In this document: piece by piece, positions 26,279 through 39,500 of the stretch
Layout: every line of letters starts with the position of its first letter
How positions within the stretch are numbered: position 1 is the first letter of the stretch
Origin: the human T2T-CHM13v2.0 reference genome, Homo sapiens
Assembly (NCBI RefSeq): GCF_009914755.1
Contig: NC_060925.1
Reading direction: 5' to 3' (one strand)
Length of the DNA: 64,000 nucleotides
Notes under the pieces: model-generated
The model's input: only the letters and a program-made list of their open reading frames with translations
Databases searched by the model: none
Told to the model about the DNA's origin: nothing
Made by a program: the position numbers and the translations under genes

Positions 26279-27390
26279 AAGTTGCTTCTCCTAAAACCTT
26301 CTTCATGAAGTTTGAGCCTCTTAATGCATCCCCTCCCACTCTTGCAGAGCCTCAGGTTAGGTGGCAGGCAAAACTATGTCAGCATTACCATTGTATCTAC
26401 TAGCTCTTGGCATAGTACCAAGCCCATAGTAGATCCACAACACAATTTTATTAAATTAGAGAAACTATATTGAAGCCTGCTAAGCAACCACTCTTCCAAT
26501 CTTGACTCTCAGTTGTTACATACAAGCTCACAACTTCCCAGCCAAACCTTACATCCACAAACTATATAGAATATATTCTATGATACAGGCAGCACTTCCA
26601 ATAGTGGGTGGTCATTTGTGATATTTCTTTATCTTCTCCTTCCTGTCCACTGGCAGCTGTCCTCTTATTAACCACCCCCATTCACCTTTTTTGGCTTGGT
26701 AGAAGGAATCCCTTTACCTACAACCCTTCTAACCACATACCCTGCACACAATATCACCACGTTTTTATAGTTTACACAATGTACTTGCCACGATCCCCAT
26801 AGAACTACTCTCCCCAGTCTTCTCCAAAAATCAGGTTCTTCTCCCACTTAGAACTGTGTCCAGGGTCCCCTCAGCCTGTGGTCTATTTAGAAATGGGGTT
26901 CTCTTCTACAGCAGGGAACAGGTATTGAGTGGCTATTATAGACAGGTCTTAGTAATCGGTGTCTAGGAAGCTGCGTCATGTGTAAGTTTTAGCTCCTGCC
27001 TTCTGGGACCTTACAATGTGGTTGGTGATAAAAGAAATATGCATAAAATAGTACCATGGCCTGCGAAGAGATCCTTATACTTCCAGGCATGTCTCTCCCT
27101 CCCTTTCATGTGATCTATTATACAGTAGAGACAGCTACTCACTGGCTGTTTTCATATCTGTGTTCCTTTTACAGTGTGCTTGTTTGTGAATGTTTCTCAG
27201 AGTGTGGCACTTATGCTCAGGGATATTTCTGCACATATTTCTTTATGTGTGCTCAGGCTCCCACACCAGAACATAAGCTGGATGGTCATGGCAGTTAGGT
27301 CCTTTCACTCCACAGACTGCTCATATGCAGTGGCTTTTAGGAAGTGGTAATGATGGAGCTGAAAGTGGTCATCTGGCCCAGTTGCCACTG

Positions 27391-27409
27391 TCACACACAC
27401 ACACACACA

Positions 27410-27449
<40 letters not shown>

Positions 27450-27450
27450 C
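27391..27450. repeat. (CA)n microsatellite, interrupted
   Basis: About 29 CA units with single TA and CG interruptions. Confidence 0.97.
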
Positions 27451-29601
27451 CCAGAAAGAGGGGAGTGGGGGCTGGAGGTATTTAGCTCAGTTAGAATCGC
27501 AATGCCGTCTCTTCCAGAGGAATGTTCATGAACGCATATCAACTTCCTTTTGACCAAAGGACCACACGCCTAAACCTTAACATGATAATAACTAGATGAG
27601 ACATGAATGTGTATGTACCAGGTGCATAGGGTCACAAAGACTTGCCAGACCATTCCCACTTCACCAGTTCCACAACTCTATTATAGTACCTTAATACCCA
27701 TTTTTCCCAATCCCTTCTAAATTTCTTTGGAAATTGCTGTCTCTTTTATGCTTTTTGCATGTAACATATGCACCTCTTATTGTTAATTAATTGATTCATC
27801 TATTTAAGATATGTTTGGTGAGCATGTCTCTATACTTTACTGAATGGTGGTAACACTAACAGTGTACTAGTCAGTCTCTGCTCTTAACTATCTTACTGTC
27901 CAATGAGAGAAATATTATAACAGGAAATCATGAAGTGCAAAGGTAAAGGTCAGAAAAGGCTTTGGTGAAAGTTGGTAAGAGCGTTAGCTCAACCAGGAAG
28001 GAGGGATTTCCTTGAGAAAGTAACCTCAAAATTTGACCTGAGGTGTTTAGCGAGAGAAAGGAGGAAGGAGGAGAAACTCCTAGAGATGTAAGGACCTTGT
28101 AAGCTACATTACTGTCTTATACATATTTCTCCTATCACCAACTACATTGTAAGGTCCCCAAAGGCAAAGACTAAAATTCACATACCATGTGGCTTCCTTG
28201 GCACCTGATGCTAAGATCTGCATATAACAGACACTCAAAACTGAGTGGCTGTTGCTCAAGAGAGTCCCATTTCAGTGCGGTGCAGTTGTCAAACTCTGAA
28301 GAAAAACACTAGCCCTCAGGTGGGATATCTCACTAGTCCACTTGCTTAGGTGACAAGAAGGCAGTGCTAATGTGCACATAAGGTGGTATTCCCCCATCCT
28401 GTTCTTCCAGTAGTCTAGTTATGAATTAATCCTCTTACCTCCAACTACAGTTTTATACATTGTAGATTTTGTGAGCTCAGGAGATGGTGAGGGCCAGGAA
28501 ATTTAGACATATCAGAAGGTGGGGGTAACCACAGATTTTGCCCTTCTGGTAGGCCTCTACTGCCAGCTGCAAGGCCTAACAGTTTGAAAGAAGCCCCTAA
28601 CGGGTACATCTGCTCCTGTCCAGAAAGCCTGTTCATAGTCACCTCTGCTATAGACAGTTTCTCCTTATTCTCATGACAAGGGAAAGAAGGTGGAGTGGTG
28701 GGGATCATATGCAGATAAGCTGCTCATATGATCTTCTCCAGGAAGGGCAGAGATACTGCTCACTGAGGAGAAAAGAGATGTAGATGTGGTGTCAGAATGC
28801 TGCCCCTGTTCTGTCCACTCAACCCTTACCACCATCAGACCAGAGGAAATGCCTGGGAGGCATCTCTCTTCCATTCCCAAGCTACCCAGTGCTAACCACT
28901 CCAGTGGGTTGCTTATAAGCCAATGGTGTAAACTTTGGAGACAATTGATCTTAAAACATGACTTTTCCAAAAGTTCCCAGGTAGCATGAGCTGTAAATGA
29001 CTAACACTCAGCAAGTGCACCATGCTGTCTAAACAGCAGGATTTTGGCTTGTATTAGTCCGTTTTCACACTGCTAATAAAGACACACCTGAGACTGGGCA
29101 ATGTACAAAAGAAAGAGGTTTAATTGGACTTACAGTTCCACGTGGCTGGAGAAGCCTCACAATCATAGCAGAAGGCAAGAAGGAGCAAGTCCCATCTTAC
29201 ATGGATGGCAGCAGGCAAACAGAGAAATAAGGAAGATGCAAAGGTGGAAACCCCTGATAAAACCATCAGATCTCATGAGACATTCACTACCACAAGAATA
29301 GTATGGAGAAAAACACCCCCATGTTTCAATTATCTCCCACCAGGTCCTTCCCACACACGTGGGAGTTAATGGGAATACAATTCAAGATGAGATTTGGGTG
29401 GGGACAGAGAGCCAAACCACATCACTCCCCCCGGCCCCTGCCAAATCTCATATCCTCACATTTCAAAATCAATCATGCCTTCCCAACAGTCCCCCAAAGT
29501 CCTAACTCATTTCAGCATTAACTCAAAAGTCCACAGTCCAAAGTCTCATCTGAGACAAGGCAAGTCCCTTCCACCTATGAGCCTGTGAAATCAAAAGGAA
29601 G

Positions 29602-30198
29602 CTAGTTACTTCCTATATACAATGGAGGTACAGGCATTGGATAAATACTGCCATTCCAAATGGGAGAAATTGATGAAAACAAAGGTGCCACAAGCCCTAT
29701 CCAAGTCTGAAATCCAGTGCCAAAGTCAAATCTTAAAGCTCCAAAATGATCTCCCTTGACTCCATGTCTCACATCCAGGTCATGTTGATACAAGAGGTGA
29801 GTCTCCTTGGTCTTGGGTAGCTCTGCCCCTGTGGCTTTGCAGGGTACAGCCTCCCTCCTGGCTGCTTTCACAGGCTGGTGTTGAGTGTTTGCAGCTTTTC
29901 CAGGAACATGGCACAAGCTGTTGGTAGATCTACCATTCTGCGGTGTGGAGGCCCTCTTCTCACAGCTCCATGTGGGGTGCTCTGACCCCATATTTCCTTT
30001 CCAGACTCCCCTAGCAGAGGTTATCCATGAGAGATCCACCCCTGCAGCAAACTTCTGCCTGGGAATCCAGGAGTTTCCATACATCCTCTGAAATCTAGAC
30101 AGAGGTTTCCAAATCTCAATTCTTGACTTCTGTGCACCTGCAGGCTCAACACGACATGGAAGCTGCCAAGGCTTGTGGATTGCACCATCTGAAGCCAT
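29602..30198 (-). pseudogene. Remnant of the THE1/MaLR internal ORF (198 aa open stretch)
   Basis: The ORF lies wholly inside THE1-int. The peptide (KPWQLP..VEPAGAQKSRIE..DVRHGVKGDHFGALRFD..PMPVPPLY) matches the known MaLR internal ORF. Confidence 0.7.
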
Positions 30199-31243
30199 GG
30201 CCTAAGTTCTATGTTGGCACCTTTCAGCCATGGCTGGAGTGGTTGGGATTCAGGGCACAAAGTCCCTGATATGCAGGCTGCACACAGCATGGGGGCCCTG
30301 GGCCTGGCCCACAAAACCACTTTTTCCTTCTAGGGGCCTGTGATGGGAGGAGCTGCCATGAAGACCTCTGACATGCCCTGGAGACATTTTACCCATTGTG
30401 CTGGGGATTAACATTTGGCTCCTTGTTACTTATGCAAATTTCTGCAGCCTGCTTGAACTTCTCCTCAGGAAATGGGATTTTCTTTTCTATGGCATTGTCA
30501 GGCTGCAAATTTTTCAAACTTTTATGCTCTGTTTCCCTTTTAAAACTAAATGCTTTTAATAGCACCCAAGTCACCTCTTGCATGTTTTACTGCTTAGAAA
30601 TTTCTTCCACCAGATACCCTAAATCATCTCTCTAAAGTTCAAAGTTCCACAAATCTCCAGGGCAGAGGCAAAATGCTGCCAGTCTCTTTGTTAAAACATA
30701 ACAAGAGTCACCTTTGCCTCCAGTTCCCAACAAGTTTCTCATCTCCATCTGAGACCACCTAAGCCTGGACCTTATTGTCCATATCACTACCAGCATTTTG
30801 GGCAATGCCATTCAACAAGACTCTAGGAAGTTCTAAACTTTCCCACATTTTCCTGTCTTCTTCTGAGCCCTCCAAACTATTCCAATCTTGGCCTGTTACC
30901 AAGTTCCAAAGTCGCTTTCATGTTTTCAGGTATTTTTCAGCAGCACCACACTCTACTGGTACCGATTTACTGTATCAGACCATTTTCATGCTGCAGAGAA
31001 GACATAATTAAGATGGGGCAATTTACAAAAGAGAGAGGTTTAATTGGACTTACAGTTCCATGTAGCTGGGGAAGCCTCACAATTATGGTGGAAGACAAGG
31101 AGGAGCAAGTCACATCTTATATGGATGGCAGCAGGCAAAGAGAGAAATGAGGAAGATGCAAAGGTGGAAACCCCTGATAAAACCATCAGATCTCATGAGA
31201 CTTAATCACTACCACAAGAACATTATGGAGGAAACTGCCCCCA

Positions 31244-31254
31244 TGATTCAATTA
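31244..31254 (-). promoter_or_regulatory. DUX4 consensus motif in the THE1C 5' LTR
   Basis: TGATTCAATTA (reverse complement TAATTGAATCA). The equivalent site in the other LTR is mutated (TGTTTCAATTA, 29322-29332). Confidence 0.65.
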
Positions 31255-32447
31255 TCTCCCACCAGGTCCCTCCCACAACAGGTAGGCATTATGGGAGTAA
31301 CAACTCAGGATGAGATTTAGGGGGGGCTACAGAGCCAAACCACATCATGGCTCTTAGCAGATTCTACCCAAAATCTCCCAAGTCTCCTAGGGTGAGATTC
31401 TTTGCAAAGTCATCCTCAACTAAGCTAGAAAATCTATTGAGAGAAATGTAAAACACATATAGAGTGGCATCTGGGTTAAGAAAGCCCCTCATTTTTCTTT
31501 TGTTAATGTGGGTTCTCAACATCATACCTGCCCCCAGGCTGATATTTTGTTTCATCGTCACAGAACATGGCAAATGGTGAGATGGAAATTAAAAGAAAAA
31601 AGAGAACAAAAGGAATTTCTAAACAGATAGACTAGAAAATAAAAGGCCAGAAATCTTTAAATTGAGTTAAAATAGTTACACAAGGAAAAAGATTAAATTT
31701 GGGCTTAATATTTCACATCATTAAGAGTTTAAAAACAAAGCAGAAAAAGAAAAAGGCAGAGTAAAACAACTTGTTAGAAAGCAAAGAGAAGCTCAGTGCT
31801 ATCAAGGTAAGAGGTTGAAACATGGAAGTTAAAAGATGTAAGATTATGATAAAGCTAAACCTAAAAGATAAAGTTAGAGCTCTGGAGAAATGGGGCTAAG
31901 AACCAATATCAAGAAAGACCAAGGGTGTGTATAGAGGGGTGGGTAGAAGGAAGAGAGAAAAGGGAAAAAAGGAAAATGCTGGTAGAAGATAAGAAGAGAG
32001 GGTCTGATGGAAGAGTCTAGAACCCTCTGGCTTCTGAGCACAGAGTGGGCTTCTCTAGCCATAAGTATTCCTGCTTTATGGTGAAGACAAAGGTATCCAC
32101 AGTCATGTGCAGCCATTTCTATCTTGGCTTTTTAGAGCATTTCTGGAGATTTCTGCCCCCATAATCAGCCTTTATTTTCACTCTGCCTCTGAGAAAGGGA
32201 AAAGAAGGATAGATCCTCCTGAGCTGGGCTCTTCAATTCCCACAGATATCAAGAGATTAGATGTTACCTTTTCCTGGAGTCTCTGCTCTCAGGCCCCCAT
32301 CGGTCCTATGGAAGAACACTGGAGTGAGAATCAGGAATCTGGTGTTCATGACCCAACAATGCCAGTAGAGAGCTGAGTGTTTATTATGAATCCCTTAAGC
32401 AATCTGGCATTTACCATCACCTCTGATAGAAAAGAACTATTGATAGC

Positions 32448-32898
32448 CATGATGGTTAATACTGAGTGTCAACTTGATTGGATTGAAGGATACAAAGTAT
32501 TGATCCTTGGGTATGTCTGTGAGGGTGTTGCCAAAGGAGATTAACATTTGAGTCAGTGTGCTGGGAAAGGGAGACCCACCCTCAATCTGGGTGGGCACTA
32601 TCTAATCAGCTGTCAGCGTGGCTAGAATACAAGCAGGCAGAAAAATGTGAAAAGAGAGACTGGCCTAGCCTCCTGGCCTACATCTTTCTCCCATGCTGGA
32701 TGCTTCCCAGCCTCAAACATCAGACTCCAAGTTCTTCAGTTTTGGAACTCAGACTGGGTCTCATTCCTCCTCAGCCTGCAGATGGCCTCCTGTGGGACCT
32801 TGTGATTGTGTGAGTTAATACTTAATAAACTCCCCTTTACATACATACATACATATATATACACATATATGTAAATATACATATATATGTGTACATAT

Positions 32899-32938
<40 letters not shown>

Positions 32939-32980
32939 TTTCCATTAGTTCTGTCCCTCTAGACAACCCTGACAAATACA
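32448..32980 (+). mobile_element. MLT2A1-like ERV-L solo LTR
   Basis: TGATGGTTAATACTGAGTGTCAACTTGATTGGATTGAAGGA..CTTAATAAACTCCCCTT..CTGTCCCTCTAGACAACCCTGACAAATACA. Internal (TA)/(TG) microsatellite at 32839-32936. Confidence 0.92.
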
Positions 32981-33563
32981 TCAGCTAAGTGGTTCCAAAC
33001 CCATCAAAAATTGTGCTGGGCCATGCAGATGTCACTGGGTGGAAAAATCTGGATTTGCCTAGGTCCTGTGTCCCAGAGTCCCAGGTGTTTTTCCCCCTAT
33101 ATTCTCCCACTCCTTGCTCCTTTTTACCTCTGGAAGCTGATTTGGCTTGTCTTATCCTCTCCCAGTGTCCCTCCCCCATCCTTCTATCTGACTCTGGCTT
33201 TTGGATCATTGACTGAACTCAATGTCTTTCTGATTCTCTGGCACAAACCTGGATGTCCCCATGGTGTTGATCTTACTTCTCTGTAATGCTGAGCATGACA
33301 GCTTCTGTTTTATCCAGTCATAACATACTCTGATGCTAAGTCCAACCAGCTATTTTAGACCATTGGTCACAAGGGAGATCAAGAGAGAGTCTTTGTTTGG
33401 TTCCACATAAACCCATCTTGACTGCTAGAAAAACAAAGCAACACACATGCTGTATAGACTGTGGGTGAGAGCATCATGTTCCTGCATGAGGGGCAACTGG
33501 ATTCATTTTCTAAAATCAAGACACTTTGGGCGAGGCAAATCTCTTATATTCCTCGTGTTCTTT

Positions 33564-36500
33564 TTTTTTTTTTTTTACATTTATCCATTTTATGTTATTC
33601 TTTTTATTTTTTTAAATTTTATTTTAAGTTCCGGGATACATGTGCAGGACATACAGGTTTGTTACATAAATAAACGTGTGCTGTGGTGGTTTACTGCACC
33701 TATTAACCCATCACCTAGGTATTAAGCCCCACACGCATTAGCTATTTATCCTGATACTTTTCCTCCCCCTACGCCCCTCCCCTGACATGTCCTGGTGTGT
33801 TATTCCCTCACTGTGTCCATGTGTTCTCATTGTTCAGATCCCACTTATAAGTGAGAACATGGAGTGTAAATGGTTTTCTGTTCCTGTGTCAGTTTGCTGA
33901 GGATAATGACTTCCAGTTCCATCCATGTCCCTGCAAAGGACATTATCTCATTCCTTTTTGTGGCTGAATAGTATTCTATGGTGTAAATGTACCACATTTT
34001 CTTTTTCCAGTCTATCATTAATGGGAATTTGGGTTGATTCCATGTCTTTGCTATTGTCAACAGTGCTGCAATGAACATATGCATGCATGTATCTTTATAA
34101 TAGAATGATTTATATTCCTCTGGGTATATATCCAGTAATGGGATTGCTGGGTCAAATGGTATTTCTGGTTCTAGATCCTTGAGGAATCCCCACACTGTCT
34201 TCCACACGGTTGAACTAATTTACATTCCCACCAACAGTGAAAGAGTGATCCTGTTTCTCCACAGCCTCACCAGCATGTGTTGTTTCTTGACTTTTTAATA
34301 ATAGCCATTCTGACTGGCATGAGATGGTATCTCATTGTGGTTTTGATTTGCATTTCTCTAATGATCATTGATGTTGAGTTTTTTTTTTCATATGTTTGTT
34401 GGCCGCATAAATGTCTTTTGAGGAGTGTCTGTTCATGTTCTTTGCCCACTTTTTAATGGGTTTTTTTAATTGTAAATTTGTTTAAGTTTCTTGTCGATCC
34501 TGGATGTTAGACCTTTGTCAGATGGATAGATTGAAAAAATTTTTCCCATTCTGTAGGATGTCTGTTCACTCTGTTAATAGTTTCTTTTGCTGTGTAGAAG
34601 CTCTTTAGTTTAATTAGATCCTATTTGTCAATTTTTGCTTTTGTTGCAATTGCTTTTGATCATTTCATCATGAAATCTTTGCCTGTGCCTATGTCCTGAA
34701 TGGTATTGTCTAGATTTTCTTCTAGAGGTTTTATAGTTTTGGGTTTTACATTTAAGTCTGTAAACCATCTTCAGTTAATTTTTGTGTAAGGTGTAAGGAA
34801 GGGGTCCAGTTTCTGTTTTCTGCATATGGCTAGCCAGTTTTCCCAGCACCATTTGTTAAATAGGGAATCCTTTCCCCATTGCTTATTTCTGTCAGATTTG
34901 TCAACGATCAGTTGGTTATAGATGTGCAGTCTTATTTCTGAGATCTCTATTCTGTTCCATTGGTCTATGTGTCTGTTTTTGTACCAGTACCATACTGTTT
35001 TGGTTACTGTAGCCTCTTAGTATAGTTTGAAGTCAGGTAGCATGATGGCTCCAGTTTTGTTCTTTTTGCTTAGGATTGTCTTGGCTATATGAGCTCTTTT
35101 TTGGTTTCATGTGAATTTTAAAGTAGTTTTTTCTAATTCTGTGAAGAATGTCAATGGTAGATTAATGGGAATGGTATTGGATCTATAAATTACTTTGGGT
35201 AGTATGGCCATTTTCACAATATTGATTCTTCTTACCCATGAGCATGGAATGTTTTCCCATTTGTTTGTGTCCTCTTATTTCCTTGAGCAGTGGTTTGTAG
35301 TTCTCTTTGAAGAGGTCCTTCACTTCACTTGTTAGCTGTATTCCTAGTTATTTTATTCTCTTTGTAGCAATTGTGAATGGGAGTTCATTCATGATTTGGC
35401 TCTCTGATTGTCTGTTGTTGGTGTATAGAAATGGTTGTGATTTTTGCCCACTGATTTTGTTACTGAGACTTTGCTGAAGTTGCTTATCAGCTTAAGAAGC
35501 TTTTATGCTGAGATGATGGGGTTTTCTAGATATAGGATGTTGTCATCTGCAGAGACAGTTTGACTTCCTCTCTTCCTATTTGAATATGCTTTATTTCTTT
35601 CTCTTGCCTTATTGCCCTGGCCAGAACTTCCAATGCTATGCTGAGTGGTGAGAGAGGGCATCTTTGTCTTGTGCCAATTTTCAAGGAGAATGCCTGTAGA
35701 TTTGCCCACTCAGTATGATATTGGCTATGGGTTTGTCATAATTGGCTCTTATTATTTTGAAGTATGTTTCATTAATGCCTAGTTTATTGAGAATTTTTAA
35801 CATGAAGGGATGTTGAATTTTAGTGAAGGTCTTTTCTGTGTGTATTGAGGTAATCATGTGGTTTTTGTCTTTAGTTCTGTTTATATGATGAATTACATTT
35901 ATTGATTTGTGTATGTTGAACCAGCCTTGCATCCTGGGGATGAAGCTGACTTGATCATGATGGATAAGCTTTTTGATGTGATGCTGCATTCAATTTTCAG
36001 TATTTTATTGAGGATTTTTGCATTGATGTTCATCAGGGATATTGGCCTGAAGTTTTCTTTTTTTTGTTGTATCTCTGCCAGGTTTTGGTATCAGGATGAT
36101 GCTGGCTTCATAAAATGAGTTAGGGAGGAGTCCCTCCTTTTCAATTGTTTGGAATAGTTTCAGAAGAAATGGTGCCCGCTCCTCTTTGTACCTCTGGTAG
36201 AATTCAGCTGTAAATCCATCTAGTCCTGGGCCTTTTATTTGTTGGTAGGCTATTAATTGTTGCCTCAATTTCAGAACTTGTTGTTGGTCTATTCAGGGAT
36301 TCAACTTCTTCCTGGTTCAGTCTTGGGAGGGTGTATGTGTCCAGGAATGTACCCATTTCTTCTAGATTTTCTAGTTTATTTGCATAGGGGTGTTTATAGT
36401 ATTCTCTGATGGTTGTTTGTATTTCAACAACAAAAGGGGATAAAGGTGATATCCCCTTTATCATTTTTCATTATGTCTATTTGATTTTTCTCTTCTTTAT

Positions 36501-39500
36501 TAGTCTAGTTAGGGGTTTATCTATTTTATTAATTTTTTTCAAAAAACCAGCTCCTGGATTCATTGATTTTTTGAAGGGTTTTCATGTCTCTATCTCCTTC
36601 AGTTCTGCTCTAATCTTGGTTATTTCTTGTCTTCTGCTAGCTTTGGGGTTTGTTTGCTCTTGGTTCTCTGGTTCTTTTAGTTGTGGTATTAGGATGTTCA
36701 TTTGAGATCTTTCTAGCTTTTTGATGTGGGCATTTAGTGCTATAAATTTCCCTCTTAACACCGCTTTAGCTGTGTCTCAGTGATTCTGGTACATTGTCTC
36801 TTTGTTCTCATTAATTTCAAAGAACTCCTTGATTTCTGCCTTAATTTCATTATTTACCCAAATTTCATTCAGGAGCAAGTTGTTCAATTTCCACGTAAGT
36901 TTGTTGTTTTGAGTGAGTTTCTTAATCTTGAGTTCTAATTTGATTGCACTGTGGTCTGAGAGACTGTTATGATTTCTGTTACTTTGCATTTGCTGAGGAG
37001 TGTTTTACTTCCAATTACATGATTGATTTTAGAGTGAGTGACATATGTCACCAAGAAGGATATGTATTCTGTTGTTTTTGGATGGAGAGTTCTGTGTATA
37101 ACTATCAGGTCCACTTGATCCAGAGCTGAATTCAAGTCTTGAATATCCTTGTTAATTTTCTGTCTCACCAATCTGTCTACTATTGACAGTGGAGTGTTAA
37201 AGTCTCCCACTATTATTGTGTGGGAATCTAAGTCTCTTTGTAGGTCTCTAAGAACCTGTTTTATGAATCTGATGCTCTTGTGTTGGGTACATATATATTT
37301 AGGATAGTAAGCTCTTGTTGAATTGATCCCTTTACCATTATGTAATGCCCTTCTTTGTCTTTTTTGATCTTTGTTAGTTTAAAGTCTTTTTGTCAGAAAC
37401 TGGGATTGCAATTCCTGCTTTTTTTCTGCTTTCTATTTGCTTGGTAAATTTTCCTTTATCCCTTTATTTTGAGCCTATGTGTATCTTTGCATGTGAGATG
37501 GGTCTCTTGAATACAGCTGATGTGTCTTGACTCTTTATCCAGCTCGTCATTCTGTGTCTTTTAATTGCGGCATTTAGCACATTTACATTTAAGGTTAATA
37601 TTGTTATGTGTGCATTTGCTCCTGTCATCATGATGCTAACTGGTTATTTTGCAGACTTGTTGATGTAGTTGCTTCATAATGTCATTGGTCTTTGTACTTC
37701 AGTATGTTTTTGCAGTGACTGGTAACAGTTTTTTCTTTCCATATTTAGTGCTTTCTTCAGGAGCTCTTGCAAGACAGACCTGGTGGTGACAAATTTCCTC
37801 AGCATTTGCTTGTCTGAAAAAGATTTTATTTATCCTTTGCTTATGAAGCTTAGTTTGACTGGATATGAAATTCTGGGTTAGAAATTCTTTTAAGAATATT
37901 GAATATTGGTACCGAATCTCTTATGGCTTGTAGGGTTTCTACTGAGATATCTGCTGTTAGTCTGATGGGCTTCCCTTTGTATATGACCTGGCCTTTTCTC
38001 TGGCTTCCCTTAACATTTTCCTTCATTTCAACCCTGGAGAATCTGATGATTACGTATCTTGAGGTTGATCTTCTTATGGAGTATCTTGCCAGGGTTCTCT
38101 GGATTTCCTCAATTTGAATGTTGGCCTGTCTTGTTAGGTTGGGGAAGTTCTCCTGGATGATATCCTGAAGTATGTTTTCCAACTTGGTTCTGTTCTCCCT
38201 CTCTTTCAGTTACCCTAGTCAGTCAGAGGTTCAGTCTTTTTACATAGTCCCATATTTCTCAAAACTTTTGTTCGTTCATTTTCATTCTTTTTTTTTTCTA
38301 ATCTTGTCTGCCTGTCTTATTTCAGCAAGATAGTCTTCAAGCTCTGAAATTTTTTTCTCTGCTTGGTCAATTTGGCTATGGATACTTGTGGTTGCATTGT
38401 GAAGTTCTTGTATTGTGTTTTTCAGTTCTATCAGGTCATTTATATTCCTCTCTAAACTAGTTATTCTGGTTAATGGCTCCTGTAATGTTTTATCGTGGTT
38501 CTTAGCTTCTTTGTCTTGGGTTAGAACATGCTTCTTTAACTCAGGAAATTTCACTATTACCCACCTTCTGGAGCCTACTTCTGTCAATTCATTCATCTCA
38601 GCCTCCACCCAGTTCTGTGGTCTTGCTGGAGAGATGTTGCAATCATTTGGAGGAGAAGAGGCACTCTGGCTTTTTGAGTTTTCAGTGGTTTTTTGCTGAT
38701 TCTTTCTCATCTTCATGAGTTTATCTAGGTTTGATCTTTGAGGCTACTGGCCTTTGGATGGGGTTTTTGTGGGAACTTTTTTGTTGATTCTGTTGTTGCT
38801 GTTACTTTCTGTCGGTTTGTTTTTCTTTTAACAGTCATGCCCCTCTTCCATAGAGCAGCTGTGGTTTGCTGGGGGTCCATTCAAGACTCTATTCACCTGG
38901 GTCCCTCCCATACCAGGAGGTGTCACCAGTGGAGGCTACAGAACAGCAAAGATTGCTGCCTGCTCCTTCCTCTGGGATCTCCATCTGAGAGGGGCACCGA
39001 CCTGATGCTAGTGGTAATGCTCCTGTATAAAGTGCCTGGTGACCCCAGTTCAGGGGTCTCACCCAGTCAGGAGGTGTGGGATCCGGGGCCTGCTTAATGA
39101 AGCCTCTTGGCAGAGGGGGTGCACTGCACTGGGGGCAATCCCACTCATCCAGACTGCCTGGATTCCTCAGAGCCAGCAGAGGAAAGACCAAGTCTGCTGA
39201 TCTATGGACACTATGGCCATCTCTTCCCTTAGGGGCTCAGTCCCAGGAAGATTAAAGTTCTGTCCCTAAACCCCTGGCTGGAGCTGCGGAAATTCCTGTA
39301 GGGAAGCCCTGCCCAGTGAGAAGGGATGAGTCAGGGTCTGGCCTAAAGAGGCAGTCTGCCCATGATCTGCCACAGCTGCTGAGCTGAGCTACGCTGTGAG
39401 GAATTCCTCCTGGGTCCAAACCTTCCAGTCTCCCAGCACTGGCATAGGATAAAATGGTAGACTGGAGCTACAGTGATGGCTGCCGCCCCTCCTGCAGGGA

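Larger units (their letters stand above)
29050..31347 (-). mobile_element. Complete THE1C MaLR provirus (LTR-int-LTR)
   Basis: LTRs at 29050-29424 and 30971-31347, both with the THE1C-type GGAAGATGCAAAGGTGGAAACCCCTGATAAAACC. Internal region about 1.55 kb. Perfect 5-bp TSD TGGCT (29045-29049, 31348-31352). Confidence 0.93.
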
